Shown: piece after piece, positions 63,701 to 64,000 of the stretch | Numbering within the stretch: position 1 is the stretch's first letter | Layout: every line of letters begins with the position of its first letter | DNA from: the human T2T-CHM13v2.0 reference genome, Homo sapiens | Reading direction: 5' to 3' (one strand) | Assembly (NCBI RefSeq): GCF_009914755.1 | Contig: NC_060943.1 | DNA: 64,000 bases | Program-made: the position numbers and the translations under genes | Notes under the pieces: generated by a model | What the model was told of the DNA's origin: nothing | The model's input: only the letters and a program-made list of their open reading frames with translations | Database searches by the model: none

Positions 63701-64000
63701 ATGATTCTCAGAAACTCCTTTGTGATGTGTGCGTTCAACTCACAGAGTTTAACCTCTCTTTTCATAGAGCAGTTGGGAAACACTCTGTTTGTAAAGTCTG
63801 CAAGTGGATATTCAGACTTCTTTGAGGCCTTCGTTGGAAGCGGGATTTCTTCATGTTCTGCTAGACAGAAGAATTCTCAGAAACTTCCTTGTGTTGTGTG
63901 TTTTCAACTCACAGAGTTGAACGATCCTTTACACAGAGCAGACTTGAAACACTCCTTTTGTGGAATTTGCACGTGGAGATTTCAGCCGCTTTGAGGTCAA

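Larger units (their letters stand above)
1..64000 (+). repeat. Alpha-satellite tandem array, SF1 (J1/J2) 340-bp dimer, D1Z7/D5Z2/D19Z3-like active centromeric array, about 188 dimers
   Basis: Strict 340-bp periodicity throughout: ORF starts step by 340, with four -4 bp shifts and one -1 bp shift. Typical alphoid motifs are present (attctcagaaactcctttgtgatgtgtgc, ttcaactcacagagtt, gaaacactc). CENP-B boxes occur in alternate monomers and there is one EcoRI site per dimer. The family assignment rests on recognising the SF1 dimer, not on a database search. Confidence 0.97.
41125..64000 (+). repeat. Large duplication with about 39-dimer (13,259 bp) period; second copy truncated by the window end
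   Basis: Rare markers recur at +13259: gagAct 45808/59067, ttgaGcg 46922/60181, extra GAATTC 47921/61180, caagtTgag 49696/62955. After about 50 kb the offset becomes 12,920 bp (gttgTaaac 50577/63497, cagAaact 50961/63881). Confidence 0.88.

Noticed and set aside
26-63994. Hundreds of 60-102 aa ORFs on both strands (MILRNSFVMC..., MFPNCSMKRK..., MSEYPLADFT...)
   Set aside because: They recur once per 340-bp satellite unit, overlap on opposite strands and are broken or extended at random by SNVs and indels. They resemble no protein family I recognise and are chance reading frames of alpha satellite.
1-64000. CRISPR-like array or diversity-generating cassette system
   Set aside because: There are no unique spacers and no associated genes. 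The whole unit is repeated with only a few differences per 340 bp, and the variant patterns are explained by tandem duplication and recombination.
1-64000. Transposon insertion (L1/Alu), inversion or monomer-level structural variant
   Set aside because: The 340-bp phase and orientation are maintained throughout apart from four 4-bp deletions and one 1-bp deletion, and A/B monomer alternation is never broken.
1-64000. Assignment to a specific chromosome or to the CENP-A/kinetochore (CDR) site
   Set aside because: This dimer family is shared by chr1, chr5 and chr19, and kinetochore position is epigenetic. Neither can be determined without mapping and chromatin data.

Overview
The whole 64 kb window is one uninterrupted, single-orientation array of primate alpha-satellite DNA, most likely human. 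It consists of about 188 copies of a 340-bp dimer (171 + 169 bp monomers). Each dimer has one EcoRI site and one CENP-B box, and the other monomer carries a pJalpha-like site at the equivalent position. This matches suprachromosomal family 1 (J1/J2 dimer) and most closely the live D1Z7/D5Z2/D19Z3-type (chr1/5/19) centromeric array. The chromosome cannot be assigned from this window. I saw no genes, RNA genes, transposon insertions or inversions, and the ORFs in the track are repeat artefacts. I found no evidence for a new biological system. What is informative is how single-base and indel variants are arranged among the dimers. They show nested tandem duplications of 1, 2, 4, 5, 6, 8, 9, 12, 14 and about 39 dimers, a recurring roughly 9-dimer ordering, spatially confined haplotypes, a 4-bp deletion lineage and three CENP-B boxes with core mutations. 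Variant positions were read by eye and should be confirmed by alignment.
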